Shown: positions 38,649 through 48,477, numbered from the stretch's first letter. The stretch: 64,000 bases of DNA from an uncultured Methanomassiliicoccus sp. (GCA_905202485.1 CAJKRY010000001.1:92456-156455); one strand, 5' to 3'. Notes: generated by a model not told the origin, from the letters alone. Made by a program: numbers and translations.

Positions 38649-38755
38649 GAAATATCAGTTACAATGCCGAGTATAATCACATTGCTTGAGAAAAAATTAG
38701 TAAAACGGAAGATATCTTCCGCTAAGATCGGATTATATCAAAGACTCCATTGAAT

Positions 38756-39547
38756 TCATGGGGACTGATTGATATAGAACATCTCTGGTTTTTTGTATTC
38801 AGCACAGCTTTTCAAGAACTCCTTGGTAGCAATTTTATAAGTAATGCCGTGAAAAGCCCTTGCATTTCTTGGACAGATGTGTATGCATGCACCGCATGAG
38901 ATACAGGTCTCTTTGTTAGTTTTCTTTGGATTCTCTGCTGAGATTGAGTGTGTGGGGCATATTCTAACACACTTACACAATCCGCTGCACTTGCTGTCTC
39001 CTTTAGGATTCAGGGGCACTTTTCCTGCTGTAATATATGGTATGTTTCCCTTAACTTTAATATGCTTATAGCAGTCGGGAGAAAACTCTGTAAGCAAATG
39101 GCTACAGTTATCCGCAAACTCAGCTATGAGTTTGAGATCATTTTCATCAGGCCTGCCTGCTGCGATCTGAGGGAAGATTGAATGCTGAGCGATGAATGCA
39201 CCGGCGCCGATTACACAAAAGCCCTCCGCTTCCAAGATATCCTTCAGTTCGATTAGCGCATCTTCATAATCACGGTTACCATAGACAACCATGGCAATTG
39301 CAGGCTGCCTGTTGCCTTTTAAGTGATGCAGCATGCCTACACAAAGCTCTGGAATCCTGCCTGCATATGCTGGCATTGCTACAATAAGTACTGAATCATC
39401 TGAAACTTTGATATCCTCAGTCAAAGGTGCTTTCAATAAATTGTATTCTGTAATGTCGTTGCATATTCTGCTAGATGCCGCCTTGATAACTTTTTCTGTA
39501 TTCCCGTTAGGGCTAAAATACACCTGAGTTACTTTATCAAAGCACAT
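38756..39547 (-). CDS. flavodoxin-like domain fused to 2x[4Fe-4S] ferredoxin domain
   Basis: Flavodoxin-like N-terminus (KVTQVYFSPNGNTEKV...LIVAMPAYAG), C-terminal CKCVRICP and CISCGACIHICP clusters; start at MCFDK assumed. Confidence 0.6.
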   Translation of the reverse strand: MCFDKVTQVYFSPNGNTEKVIKAASSRICNDITEYNLLKAPLTEDIKVSDDSVLIVAMPAYAGRIPELCVGMLHHLKGNRQPAIAMVVYGNRDYEDALIELKDILEAEGFCVIGAGAFIAQHSIFPQIAAGRPDENDLKLIAEFADNCSHLLTEFSPDCYKHIKVKGNIPYITAGKVPLNPKGDSKCSGLCKCVRICPTHSISAENPKKTNKETCISCGACIHICPRNARAFHGITYKIATKEFLKSCAEYKKPEMFYINQSP

Positions 39548-39659
39548 ATACTCACCATTTTTTACAAATGCAATAGCTAACTGGTATAAAATCACATGGT
39601 ATCAATAATAATTTTAAGAATAAAAGTAAGACTAGAGATGAGACCGCTCATCCTCAGTC

Positions 39660-41012
39660 TCAGATGGTTCTTCTCTTGAGTTTACCGTCTTTGTCCCGAT
39701 AGTATGCAGTACCATACGGCGCATGCAGCAGAGGAATTATATCAGGATCATAATTGCACAGCGTGTTTAATGAATAGATTCCTGTATTAAGAGGATTGTC
39801 TAAATACTCATCCGGTTCGTCACCTGCAAAAAATCTCCAGCCGCTGTCTGGAATGTCTGGATCTGGATCCTCCCGATACATATATCCTATTTTTTCACCG
39901 TTGACCATTATGCGATCTGTGGCTTTACAGCCTAATGGTTCATACCAGTCCAGCAGTATAGATTGAATCTCTTCGCGTGGAATGGCAAGGTTTTTCTTAG
40001 ATTCAGAAACGCACCGACTTGGTCTGTTGAGATCGACAACATAATCAATGCCATCCAACAAATGCAGCAGCTCCTCTTTATTATGACTCAGTTTATATTC
40101 GATCTCTTCACTGTACAGCGGAACTATCTGATAGAAATTGATGCATTCTCCGTTCGGCATAATACATTTGTCTGCTCCTTCATCAAAGTCAACCATGGTG
40201 CAGACGATCATGCCTGAAAGTTTGGTATTCTCTGCTAAAGGCTCATTGTTTGATACAGTATGTCCCCAGGCTAACCAAGTGTTCTGCTCCCCCGGCAGCC
40301 TGGCCATAACTTTCAGCCATTTTACCGGCCAGAACCACATTTCGTTGCTGCTGTTTAAGGGCCAGTCAGGAGGAAGGCAGATAATGAGTTCTGCCCTGTC
40401 AAAGTTTTCTCCTTCGAGATTTAGCGGCACGGTCATGCGATGGGCGCCCATTCCCATAGTTACCAGCGTGTAATAATTACGTTCCGGAGTAGGCTCAATG
40501 ATTGCTATGTCTACACGAATATCCGGAGATACTATCTCATGAAAAACTCTGTTGAAAGAGCCGATGCGTTTTTCGATGTGCCTCTGAACGACTTTAAGCT
40601 GCTCTTCAGTATAGATCTCCGGGTCAAAATTTTCCTGTTTCAAACCAGCCTCTTCCTGCAGCTTTTCTTTGCATATGCCTATGTAATGCATTACGGCCTC
40701 ATCGCTCTGATCCATTTCCCAGGCCTTCTCAAATTCCTCTCTGGAGCTGTCAAAGTTCTCCAAGTAGAAATATGCGTAACCAAGCATATAATGCCAGAAG
40801 TAATCGTCTTTTCCCTCGTCCTCAATTAAAAGAAGTTGTTCAACAGCCTCATCATATCTCTTTAAATCGTTGAGGGCCCTCGCAAGATGAAAAATCACGT
40901 CGTAATCCATCTCTTCTTCAACCATTAATGAAATTTCATCCAGGATCTTCTGGAACTCCTTTTCCTCATGCCATTTATTTAATTTATAAAGAGTTTCTTT
41001 GTCCATCGTCAT
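39660..41012 (-). CDS. immunity-protein-like: shared helical N-module + SUFU-like domain + Imm33/DUF2185-like C-terminal domain
   Basis: Central region YYTLVTMGMGAHRM...WPVKWLKVMARLPGEQNTWLAWGHTV parallels SUFU motifs (human SUFU: HYISFGLSDLYG...TWPAELMQGLARY...GDHV); C-terminal GWRFFAGDEPDEY... resembles Imm33; N-terminal about 100 aa homologous to two neighbours. Confidence 0.55.
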   Translation of the reverse strand: MTMDKETLYKLNKWHEEKEFQKILDEISLMVEEEMDYDVIFHLARALNDLKRYDEAVEQLLLIEDEGKDDYFWHYMLGYAYFYLENFDSSREEFEKAWEMDQSDEAVMHYIGICKEKLQEEAGLKQENFDPEIYTEEQLKVVQRHIEKRIGSFNRVFHEIVSPDIRVDIAIIEPTPERNYYTLVTMGMGAHRMTVPLNLEGENFDRAELIICLPPDWPLNSSNEMWFWPVKWLKVMARLPGEQNTWLAWGHTVSNNEPLAENTKLSGMIVCTMVDFDEGADKCIMPNGECINFYQIVPLYSEEIEYKLSHNKEELLHLLDGIDYVVDLNRPSRCVSESKKNLAIPREEIQSILLDWYEPLGCKATDRIMVNGEKIGYMYREDPDPDIPDSGWRFFAGDEPDEYLDNPLNTGIYSLNTLCNYDPDIIPLLHAPYGTAYYRDKDGKLKRRTI

Positions 41013-41018
41013 TCCTTC

Positions 41019-42503
41019 TTATCTTAATATATAATCATCTGAAAAATTAAATGATACCATCATGACTGATCCGCTTATCTCAAGGTCATCCCCTTTTTCC
41101 TTTGCATCACAGATCGCACTATAAACTGAACTTATATAGACATAAGATGAAAATGTATCATTCAAGAAAAGATTGCTGCTAAATCCATTTATTAGCGCTT
41201 TTTGAATTACATAATAACTTGCAATCTGCGTTTTATAAACCTCTATACTTTTTCTATTCCTGTAGATCAATATTGATTCAGGAGAATGAAGATATTCAAA
41301 TGCATTTTCAGCACACATTTCCGGAATGAAAAACTGCAGCTCTTCAGCAAGATTTGAATCCTGAAGCTCTTCCGTCAGTTTTTCCAGATAATGCTGGTAA
41401 TCATCGTCAGATGCACATTGCTCAAAGAGTCTGACTGCTTTTACAGTAGCGTCTTCCAGATCTTTCTCGCTGTAAGGGTATTCCACATAAGTCCCCTCAT
41501 CCTGTGTGATGAAGAAAAACTGTTTCTTGGAACTGAACTCATTTGTTTCCCATTTAGAAGCTATTTCTGAAACTATGCTGCTGAGCTCTTCGCTGACAAT
41601 GTTATTAACACGGCATTCTGCTGTAATTTCATCTCCATTTTTAGCAGCATATACTTTGACATATGCAAATTTTTGATTTCCAAGGCGTTTGGCAATTCCG
41701 CTTTTCAACAGACTCCAGAATTCATCAATGTCGCCGCCCTCTGGGTTTTTGCCCATGCCGACAATATCTGATTTGTATGCGTGCCAGCTGTGTTTACTGC
41801 CTGCAAACTCTGTAACTAACGTTTCTGAGTTCTCTCCGGCCTTCATGATTCTGATGCCGTCCAAGACTGAGAATAGAAAACTCCCTTCTGCTAGATTAAT
41901 TGCCTTCTTCGGCGTATCTCCCAAGGCAACCGAGCACTCAAACAGTTCTCTGTCCCATGAACTGCAGTTTAGAGTAAAATACAAAACGGCCATGTTTTCC
42001 GTCAGTTCCCCTACTTCAGAAGAAATGGTTAAATCCCATTCAGGAATGAATATATTGCCTTTTTTGATCAGATTAGTTTCAGCAATCAGCTCATGAAGAC
42101 CTTCAAGAACATACTGCCGGGGGTCATCGGGGGCAGAAGAATCATCTGTACGCTTAAGATAGTAGTTACAGTCTTCCAGAAGTTCTTTGGCATCTTTGTC
42201 ATCAGGATTTAATTCAAGAACACACTCAAACTCTTTTTTAGCTTCCAGATCATTTCCCAAAAAATAATAAGCGTATCCCAGACGGTAATGCCACAAATCG
42301 TCGTCTTTTCCTTCTTCGTTTACAGAAAGCAGAAGTTTAACAGCATTTTCATAGTCTTCTAAATTATTATAAGCTCTTGCCAGTAAGAGAATGAGATCAT
42401 AATTTCTTTCAGATTCTGGAATATCTAGAATAGAGTCCACGATCTTTTGGTGTTCTTCAGATTTATGCCAGCCGTCTAACTGCTCGATGAATTCTGATGA
42501 CAT
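41019..42503 (-). CDS. paralogous N-module protein with unrelated C-terminal domain (function unknown)
   Basis: N-terminus GWHKSEEHQKIVDSI...LARAYNNLEDYENAVKLLLSVNEEGKDDDLWHYRLGYAYYFL aligns with the N-termini of 39660..41012 and 43247..44743; remainder has no recognisable motif. Confidence 0.5.
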   Translation of the reverse strand: MSSEFIEQLDGWHKSEEHQKIVDSILDIPESERNYDLILLLARAYNNLEDYENAVKLLLSVNEEGKDDDLWHYRLGYAYYFLGNDLEAKKEFECVLELNPDDKDAKELLEDCNYYLKRTDDSSAPDDPRQYVLEGLHELIAETNLIKKGNIFIPEWDLTISSEVGELTENMAVLYFTLNCSSWDRELFECSVALGDTPKKAINLAEGSFLFSVLDGIRIMKAGENSETLVTEFAGSKHSWHAYKSDIVGMGKNPEGGDIDEFWSLLKSGIAKRLGNQKFAYVKVYAAKNGDEITAECRVNNIVSEELSSIVSEIASKWETNEFSSKKQFFFITQDEGTYVEYPYSEKDLEDATVKAVRLFEQCASDDDYQHYLEKLTEELQDSNLAEELQFFIPEMCAENAFEYLHSPESILIYRNRKSIEVYKTQIASYYVIQKALINGFSSNLFLNDTFSSYVYISSVYSAICDAKEKGDDLEISGSVMMVSFNFSDDYILR

Positions 42504-42519
42504 TGTAATTTCCTCCTGA

Positions 42520-43245
42520 TCAATAATCCAGCCTTATTGGAACTTTATTCTCTTTAGCAAACAAAACTGCTTTGTAAAATATGCAGTATGCAAATTTAGA
42601 CAAGGCGTCAAAATCAAAAGTATCTTTATCGGCATCAGAAGCTACCTCAGTATTCAACCAGCTGAGAATGGTCTCTTCATCCGCATTCCATCTCATTTTA
42701 TTCATATATTGAAGATCAGATTCCAATTGTTCCACTGTGGACATGTTAGCCTCTTTACCAGTTGGAAATATGTAACTGAATGACATGCATCCCTCAAACG
42801 GAACCCACATTTCAATTCCATTCAGAAACGGATTTGTATATGATTCGTTTATAACAAAAGTCTGCACTACAGGATCATCATTCCAATCACTGGATTTTTC
42901 ATAGAATTTAGGAACTTCTTTTCCAGAATACAGGCATGCACTTAAAATGACTAAAGCACCATAACCATCCCAGCCTGGTTTATCAGTGTAATATTCTTTT
43001 TCATTATTTTCTTCCCAAGACTTAAACAAAATGTCTTTGTCAGACAGCCCGCTTGTCAAAGCCTCCATCCAGAGTTCAACTGAGTGCTGGACTTCTTCAG
43101 CATCTATGTTTTCATTTCTCATTTCACCATTTGGTGTTATGATGTCACAGCGGATGTTATTTTGTTCAGACCACTGTTGGACAGTAGTTTTCCAGTTGCG
43201 GGTGTAATACCTTGTCAATGTACCAGCATATATATCTAGACCCAT
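42520..43245 (-). CDS. hypothetical protein within the immunity-like operon
   Basis: 241 aa, acidic, Trp-rich, no TM or signal; start codon 1 nt from upstream gene stop. Confidence 0.4.
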   Translation of the reverse strand: MGLDIYAGTLTRYYTRNWKTTVQQWSEQNNIRCDIITPNGEMRNENIDAEEVQHSVELWMEALTSGLSDKDILFKSWEENNEKEYYTDKPGWDGYGALVILSACLYSGKEVPKFYEKSSDWNDDPVVQTFVINESYTNPFLNGIEMWVPFEGCMSFSYIFPTGKEANMSTVEQLESDLQYMNKMRWNADEETILSWLNTEVASDADKDTFDFDALSKFAYCIFYKAVLFAKENKVPIRLDY

Positions 43246-43246
43246 T

Positions 43247-44743
43247 TTATAACCTCATTTCAGAACTAAGATTAACTATGTTTCCATCTGGACAAAAATC
43301 GGCTAAATAAAATTCAAATTGATAATTTTTTAACAAACTGTCAATCCTTTTGAAAAATTCAGTCATGTTGTAAATCAGCAGATCTGCATACTCATACATA
43401 CTGCCGCCGGCGCTTCCCAGAGACATTCCGATTTCTCTGCCGCTCCCTTTCTCCCCAAGAACTTCTTTTATCAGATAATCTTCAAAATCATATCTGAGAT
43501 CAAACAGCTTGTCTTCATCCATTTCCATCGGCCATGTGTAGAATAGGTAAACAAGCTTAGCTCCGCAGCTCTCCATATCTGCGTATGTATCTTTTACATC
43601 AGAATGATATTCAGCAACTGAGTTTAAAAGAGATGTTAAACCGCTGAGTATGTCATATCTCAATTTGTCAGTGTCAGCATTTCCAAAGGCATATGCAACA
43701 CGGATGTCGCTGGGATTCTCGATCATTTCTTTTCCCGATGATTTTAGAATGTCGGATATTTTCTCACCCATCTGATCAATGGGAAACATATCATCCGTTG
43801 GAGAACGCAATAATGATACTGTGCTTATATAAAGTCTCAATAGATTTTCACTGAATAATTCTTTCAGCATCTTAGCAAATGTAATGTTTGCTTCACTGTC
43901 TTCAATTGATTGAAAATCTTCTGAATAAAAACACAAGTTAAATTTGTCAGATTCATAATTGAATGATATTTTAATATTTTTTATCGGAAATCCATTGACT
44001 GAAAGGTCAGAATTATAACTATTTAGTTTAGGTGCAGATAAGATAATATTCCATTTATTCTGAATGTTCTTTGGCGCCCTGAAGATAAGATATGGAAGCA
44101 GGTAGTGAAGATGACTGCTGCCTCTTAAAACAAATATGAGTTTGAATCCTTTTTCAATGAAACATTGAATGTTTTTAGTTATTAAATCCGTGCCTTCTGA
44201 AAGAAAAGCTGCGACTTCTGAATTACATGCACCATTTTCAGCAAATTCCGATAATTTTGCTTCATGGTCACAAAACCACTTCCAGAACGAAGATACTCTG
44301 TCAGAGAATTGATTCGACGGAATGAGTTCATGTCTGGAAACAAATCTCTCTGACAATTTTTCTAGATGAAGTTTGACATAATGATGAATATGACAGAATT
44401 CTACAAAGTCTGAAGCATAATCCCCTTCAGGGTTCAATTCAAATGCTTTATCAATCTCTTCATTTACTTTTGTCATCTCGTTTGTAAAATAATACGCCTG
44501 ACCCAGCATGAAATGCCACATATAATCTTCAGCACCTTTATCGCTGACTGAAAGGAGGCAATCTATGGCTTCTCGATACTTGTAAGTGTGCAGATACGCC
44601 TCAGCTAAGAGAGTTACAAGACCATAGTCCAATTTATAATCTGAAATTCTTGTAATCACTCTAACTATGCTGCAATAATCTCCGTTTCTGCGCAGATCAT
44701 CCAAACGTTGACAAAACTCCTGTTTCACCTGAATCAATTTCAT
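43247..44743 (-). CDS. paralogous N-module protein with a third, distinct C-terminal domain
   Basis: N-terminus ...YGLVTLLAEAYLHTYKYREAIDCLLSVSDKGAEDYMWHFMLGQAYYF aligns with the other two; first gene of the 4-gene minus-strand operon. Confidence 0.5.
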   Translation of the reverse strand: MKLIQVKQEFCQRLDDLRRNGDYCSIVRVITRISDYKLDYGLVTLLAEAYLHTYKYREAIDCLLSVSDKGAEDYMWHFMLGQAYYFTNEMTKVNEEIDKAFELNPEGDYASDFVEFCHIHHYVKLHLEKLSERFVSRHELIPSNQFSDRVSSFWKWFCDHEAKLSEFAENGACNSEVAAFLSEGTDLITKNIQCFIEKGFKLIFVLRGSSHLHYLLPYLIFRAPKNIQNKWNIILSAPKLNSYNSDLSVNGFPIKNIKISFNYESDKFNLCFYSEDFQSIEDSEANITFAKMLKELFSENLLRLYISTVSLLRSPTDDMFPIDQMGEKISDILKSSGKEMIENPSDIRVAYAFGNADTDKLRYDILSGLTSLLNSVAEYHSDVKDTYADMESCGAKLVYLFYTWPMEMDEDKLFDLRYDFEDYLIKEVLGEKGSGREIGMSLGSAGGSMYEYADLLIYNMTEFFKRIDSLLKNYQFEFYLADFCPDGNIVNLSSEMRL

Positions 44744-44870
44744 ATCAGGACATTAGTATTTAGAAAATGGTATTCCCTCATGAATATTGAATGCGGATAA
44801 CGTTGCAGAGACAATATTATAACAAAGTATCCAATACCCTGGCAGAAATGCTTTAACGATTAAAACGGGT

Positions 44871-46211
44871 ATGGCCATGCAGAGGGATTTAACAAACGGT
44901 AGTGTTACCAAAACAATGCTGCTATTTGCCTGGCCGATGATTTTAGGCAATCTTCTGCAACAAGTTTACAATGTCGCTGATACCCTGATAGTTGGAAGAT
45001 GCATCGGCCCTGACGCTCTGGCTGCCGTGGGGTCTTCTTTTGCATTAATGGTTTTTCTGACATCTATCATCATAGGACTGTGTATGGGAAGCGGAGTCGT
45101 TTATTCCATATTTTTTGGTGCCAGAGAGAAAGAAAAACTGAAATCCAGTTTCTTCATGTCATTTGTATTCATTGCCGTTGTTACCATTGTAATCCAAATT
45201 GCAACATTGTGCCTGGTTGATCCGATACTCAGCGCACTGCATATTCCGTCTGAAGCATACAGCGCAACTAAAAGCTACCTTACAATAACCCTGTATGGCG
45301 TTATTTTCATTTTTGTATACAATTACTTTACCTCAGTACTGAGAGGCATTGGCAACTCCACAACCCCTCTGATATTTTTAGGAGTGGCAGTAGTTCTGAA
45401 TGTCGCTCTTGATCTGATACTGATAATATCATTCGACATGGGTGTAGAAGGAGCCGCCATTGCAACTGTGATTTCTCAGGCTGTGTCTGCAGCATCTATT
45501 GCCATATACTGCATACTGAAGACCCCTGAATTAAGATTGAAAAGAAAACACCTGAAATTTGAAAAATCGATATTGAATAAGATCGTACAATATTCATCTT
45601 TGACTTGTATACAGCAGTCGATTATGAACTTCGGGATTCTGATGGTTCAAGGGCTGGTCAACAGTTTCGGAGTTTCGGTAATGGCCGCATTTGCAGCCGC
45701 AGTGAAAATCGACTCCTTTGCATACATGCCTGTCCAGGATTTTGGAAATGCATTTTCTACTTACGTAGCACAAAATTACGGAGCTAAGAAATCAGAAAGA
45801 ATACATGAAGGAATAAAATCTGCAATAAAGGTATCTTTAATCTTCTGCATCATCATTTCAGCAATAGTTGTGATATTCGCCAAACCTCTAATGACATTAT
45901 TTGTGAGTCCAGAAGATGTTGAAATTATTGCAATCGGCGTTCAGTACCTCAGAATAGAAGGAGCCTGCTACTGCGGAATAGGCTGCCTCTTCCTTCTTTA
46001 CGGTCTGTACCGCGGAGTAGGAAAACCAGCGATATCTATTGTATTAACTGTTATTTCACTGGGAACCAGAGTACTGCTGGCGTACGTCTTGGCGGCGATG
46101 CCCTCAATCGGCCTGGTAGGAATCTGGTGGGCGATACCGATAGGCTGGGTGTTAGCAGACATCGCTGGAATTATGTACTATATACGAAATAAAAAATTGA
46201 TAACTGTGTAG
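44871..46211 (+). CDS. MATE family efflux transporter
   Basis: 12 TM, LLFAWPMILGNLLQQVYNVADTLIVGR N-terminus typical of MATE/NorM. Confidence 0.85.
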   Translation: MAMQRDLTNGSVTKTMLLFAWPMILGNLLQQVYNVADTLIVGRCIGPDALAAVGSSFALMVFLTSIIIGLCMGSGVVYSIFFGAREKEKLKSSFFMSFVFIAVVTIVIQIATLCLVDPILSALHIPSEAYSATKSYLTITLYGVIFIFVYNYFTSVLRGIGNSTTPLIFLGVAVVLNVALDLILIISFDMGVEGAAIATVISQAVSAASIAIYCILKTPELRLKRKHLKFEKSILNKIVQYSSLTCIQQSIMNFGILMVQGLVNSFGVSVMAAFAAAVKIDSFAYMPVQDFGNAFSTYVAQNYGAKKSERIHEGIKSAIKVSLIFCIIISAIVVIFAKPLMTLFVSPEDVEIIAIGVQYLRIEGACYCGIGCLFLLYGLYRGVGKPAISIVLTVISLGTRVLLAYVLAAMPSIGLVGIWWAIPIGWVLADIAGIMYYIRNKKLITV

Positions 46212-46262
46212 TCTGGTTCATGAAGATAAAAATCAGCTTCATGAACAGACATCTAATAGAGT

Positions 46263-47000
46263 TTAGTCTTCATCACCGTATGCAAGATCAATATCTATGA
46301 ACTGGATTACCAGCTGGCATATTTTTCCGTCTGCATCATATCCAAAGTACACAGGATAAGTGCCGTCCCCAAATCCTGTTTGAAAAATCGGCAGATGGTA
46401 ATTTGTTCCGGGTATTACCCAGTTTATCCAGTCCCCTTCTTTCCGCTGATGCTTCGGGTTTTCAGCATAGCTCTTTGCAAAGATCGCTGCGAAGTAATCA
46501 TCATAGATGTTTTTACCTGGATTGTTCTCAGACCAGGTGTCATAAAATTCACAGAATATATCTCTTATAGCAACATCGCATATACACGCTAAGCCTGCAT
46601 CTACATTGAAACCGAAATATTCATCATCTTCAAGTTCTGAGAGATTTTCATTCCCGATGAGCGCTTCTTCAAAAACCACAGCTTCTTTTTTAGTGAATTG
46701 AACACGTACTGCAGCATATCGTGAACAGTCAGAATCGTCTCCGCAGACTACACAGGCAACGGCATGAAACTCACCAGGAGGCACCTCTGTAAAATATGGT
46801 TCTTCTTCGCAGTCGAGATAGCACAGCGGATCCCTTACCAGGATTATTCCAGTAGGGATGGATACCAGCCCGAAGTCCAGCAGATCTAATTTCTTACCTG
46901 CCATTTCTGACAGGGTAAAGTAGTCATTTAAGGGAGCTGGACATGCTAATTTTTCACGATGTTTGTTAAATGAACTGATCCACTCTGCAGTAGGTTTCAT
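46263..47000 (-). CDS. DUF4241-like protein
   Basis: C-terminal FQTGFGDGTYPVYFGYDADGKICQLVIQFIDID resembles the DUF4241 signature; 245 aa, cytoplasmic. Confidence 0.45.
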   Translation of the reverse strand: MKPTAEWISSFNKHREKLACPAPLNDYFTLSEMAGKKLDLLDFGLVSIPTGIILVRDPLCYLDCEEEPYFTEVPPGEFHAVACVVCGDDSDCSRYAAVRVQFTKKEAVVFEEALIGNENLSELEDDEYFGFNVDAGLACICDVAIRDIFCEFYDTWSENNPGKNIYDDYFAAIFAKSYAENPKHQRKEGDWINWVIPGTNYHLPIFQTGFGDGTYPVYFGYDADGKICQLVIQFIDIDLAYGDED

Positions 47001-47048
47001 TGGTCTCTCAATACTGTGATTCCATTATAGAGTTATCTGCAACATTCA

Positions 47049-47726
47049 TCATGTCGTTTCGTTCAGTTTAAACTTGTTTTTTTCAAATTCAATCAAACCC
47101 TCGTTTCTCAGCTTAGACAACTCATTAGACATGGCGCTTCTGTCTACAGAGAGATAGTCGGCAAGCTGCTGCCTGTTGAAGGGTATTTCAAATTCGGAAC
47201 TGCGGGATTTCTTAGACTGCTCTGAAAGATATGAAAGAAGCTTTTCTCTGATGCTGCGCTTTGAAGTATGCTCTATTCTTTTAGTCAGCACGAGATTTTT
47301 TTCTGCGAGACTCCAGAGCAGGTTACGAATAAGAATCGAATGAAATTCACATGCTGAAGTACAGACATTCATGATTTTATTTACATTAACGAAAAGAATG
47401 TCAGTGCGCTCTGTAGCAATCACACTCACTTCCAATCTTTCGGTGCCTAAACATGCATAAGCTTCAGCAAAAATCTGACCGTTGCTCAGGCTGGTGAGAA
47501 TGTTGTCGTTTCCCCAGAAATCCTCTTTCACAATATGCACATTTCCAGTCAGAACGATGCCGATGTTGTGTACGATGTCACCGCTCCGCAATATAACTGA
47601 ATCCTTCTGGTATCTTTTAACAGTGGCACCCATGCAGTCTAAGATAGATAGAATCTCATCATCATTCATGCTGGAAAATAAAGGAGAATTTCGTATCAAA
47701 TGCAGATATTTCTTCATCATATTCAC
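47049..47726 (-). CDS. Crp/Fnr-family transcriptional regulator (HcpR-like candidate)
   Basis: cNMP-binding beta-barrel region and C-terminal HTH SRQQLADYLSVDRSAMSNELSKLRNEGLI; divergent from ferredoxin-hcp. Confidence 0.8.
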   Translation of the reverse strand: MNMMKKYLHLIRNSPLFSSMNDDEILSILDCMGATVKRYQKDSVILRSGDIVHNIGIVLTGNVHIVKEDFWGNDNILTSLSNGQIFAEAYACLGTERLEVSVIATERTDILFVNVNKIMNVCTSACEFHSILIRNLLWSLAEKNLVLTKRIEHTSKRSIREKLLSYLSEQSKKSRSSEFEIPFNRQQLADYLSVDRSAMSNELSKLRNEGLIEFEKNKFKLNETT

Positions 47727-47730
47727 TTAT

Positions 47731-47744
47731 GTTGTTTTTACAAC
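47731..47744. promoter_or_regulatory. FNR/HcpR-type palindrome GTTGT-N4-ACAAC in the crp/fd-hcp divergent region
   Basis: gttgtttttacaac read directly; perfect 5-bp arms with 4-nt spacer. Confidence 0.35.
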
Positions 47745-47792
47745 GTAATCGTTTTATTTACTATATCACATTTGCTACAATGGTGAAGGAAC

Positions 47793-48476
47793 ATGATGCG
47801 AAAGATAGTGAAGATTAATGAGGAAAAATGCAACGGCTGCGGCATATGTGCAGATGCATGCCATGAAGGTGCCATTCAGATTATAAACAACAAAGCAAAA
47901 TTGATCAAAGATGATTACTGCGACGGCTTGGGAGACTGCCTACCGGGCTGTCCGACTGGGGCCATATCCATTGAAGAAAGAGAAGCTGCAGAGTACGACG
48001 AAAAAGCTGTGAAATCTCATCTGCAGAATAAAGAGAAAAAACTCGGCTGCGGATGTTCTGATGAAAATGTAAAAATTATTGACAATTTAAGCAACGAACG
48101 CTGTCTGAACCAGTGGCCGGTACAGATTAAATTAGTTCCGGTAAACGCCCCATACTTTGAGAATTCGGATCTGCTGATCGCTGCTGACTGCACTGCCTTT
48201 GCATATGCAGATTTTCACAAGGACTTTATCAAAAACTGCATTGCATTAGTAGGCTGTCCCAAACTGGATTCAGTAGATTACAGTGAAAAAATTTCTGAAA
48301 TTATAAAAAATAACAAGATCAACAGCATCAAAGTCGTAAAAATGGAGGTGCCATGTTGTAGCGGTTTAGAGAATGCAGTAAAGAAGGCTCTGCAGAACAG
48401 CGGCAAAAACATTCCTCTGAATGTCGTAACAATATCAATTAAGGGTAAAATAATTAAAAATATTGCAGGTGATTAA
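47793..48476 (+). CDS. 4Fe-4S dicluster domain protein (ferredoxin-like N-terminus plus extra domain)
   Basis: CNGCGICADACHEGAI and CDGLGDCLPGCPTGAI motifs; translationally adjacent to hcp. Confidence 0.6.
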   Translation: MMRKIVKINEEKCNGCGICADACHEGAIQIINNKAKLIKDDYCDGLGDCLPGCPTGAISIEEREAAEYDEKAVKSHLQNKEKKLGCGCSDENVKIIDNLSNERCLNQWPVQIKLVPVNAPYFENSDLLIAADCTAFAYADFHKDFIKNCIALVGCPKLDSVDYSEKISEIIKNNKINSIKVVKMEVPCCSGLENAVKKALQNSGKNIPLNVVTISIKGKIIKNIAGD

Positions 48477-48477
48477 A

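Noticed and set aside
44753-44950. 65-aa minus-strand ORF overlapping the MATE gene start
   Set aside because: Antisense overlap with a well-supported transporter gene; no motif; lies in the divergent promoter region
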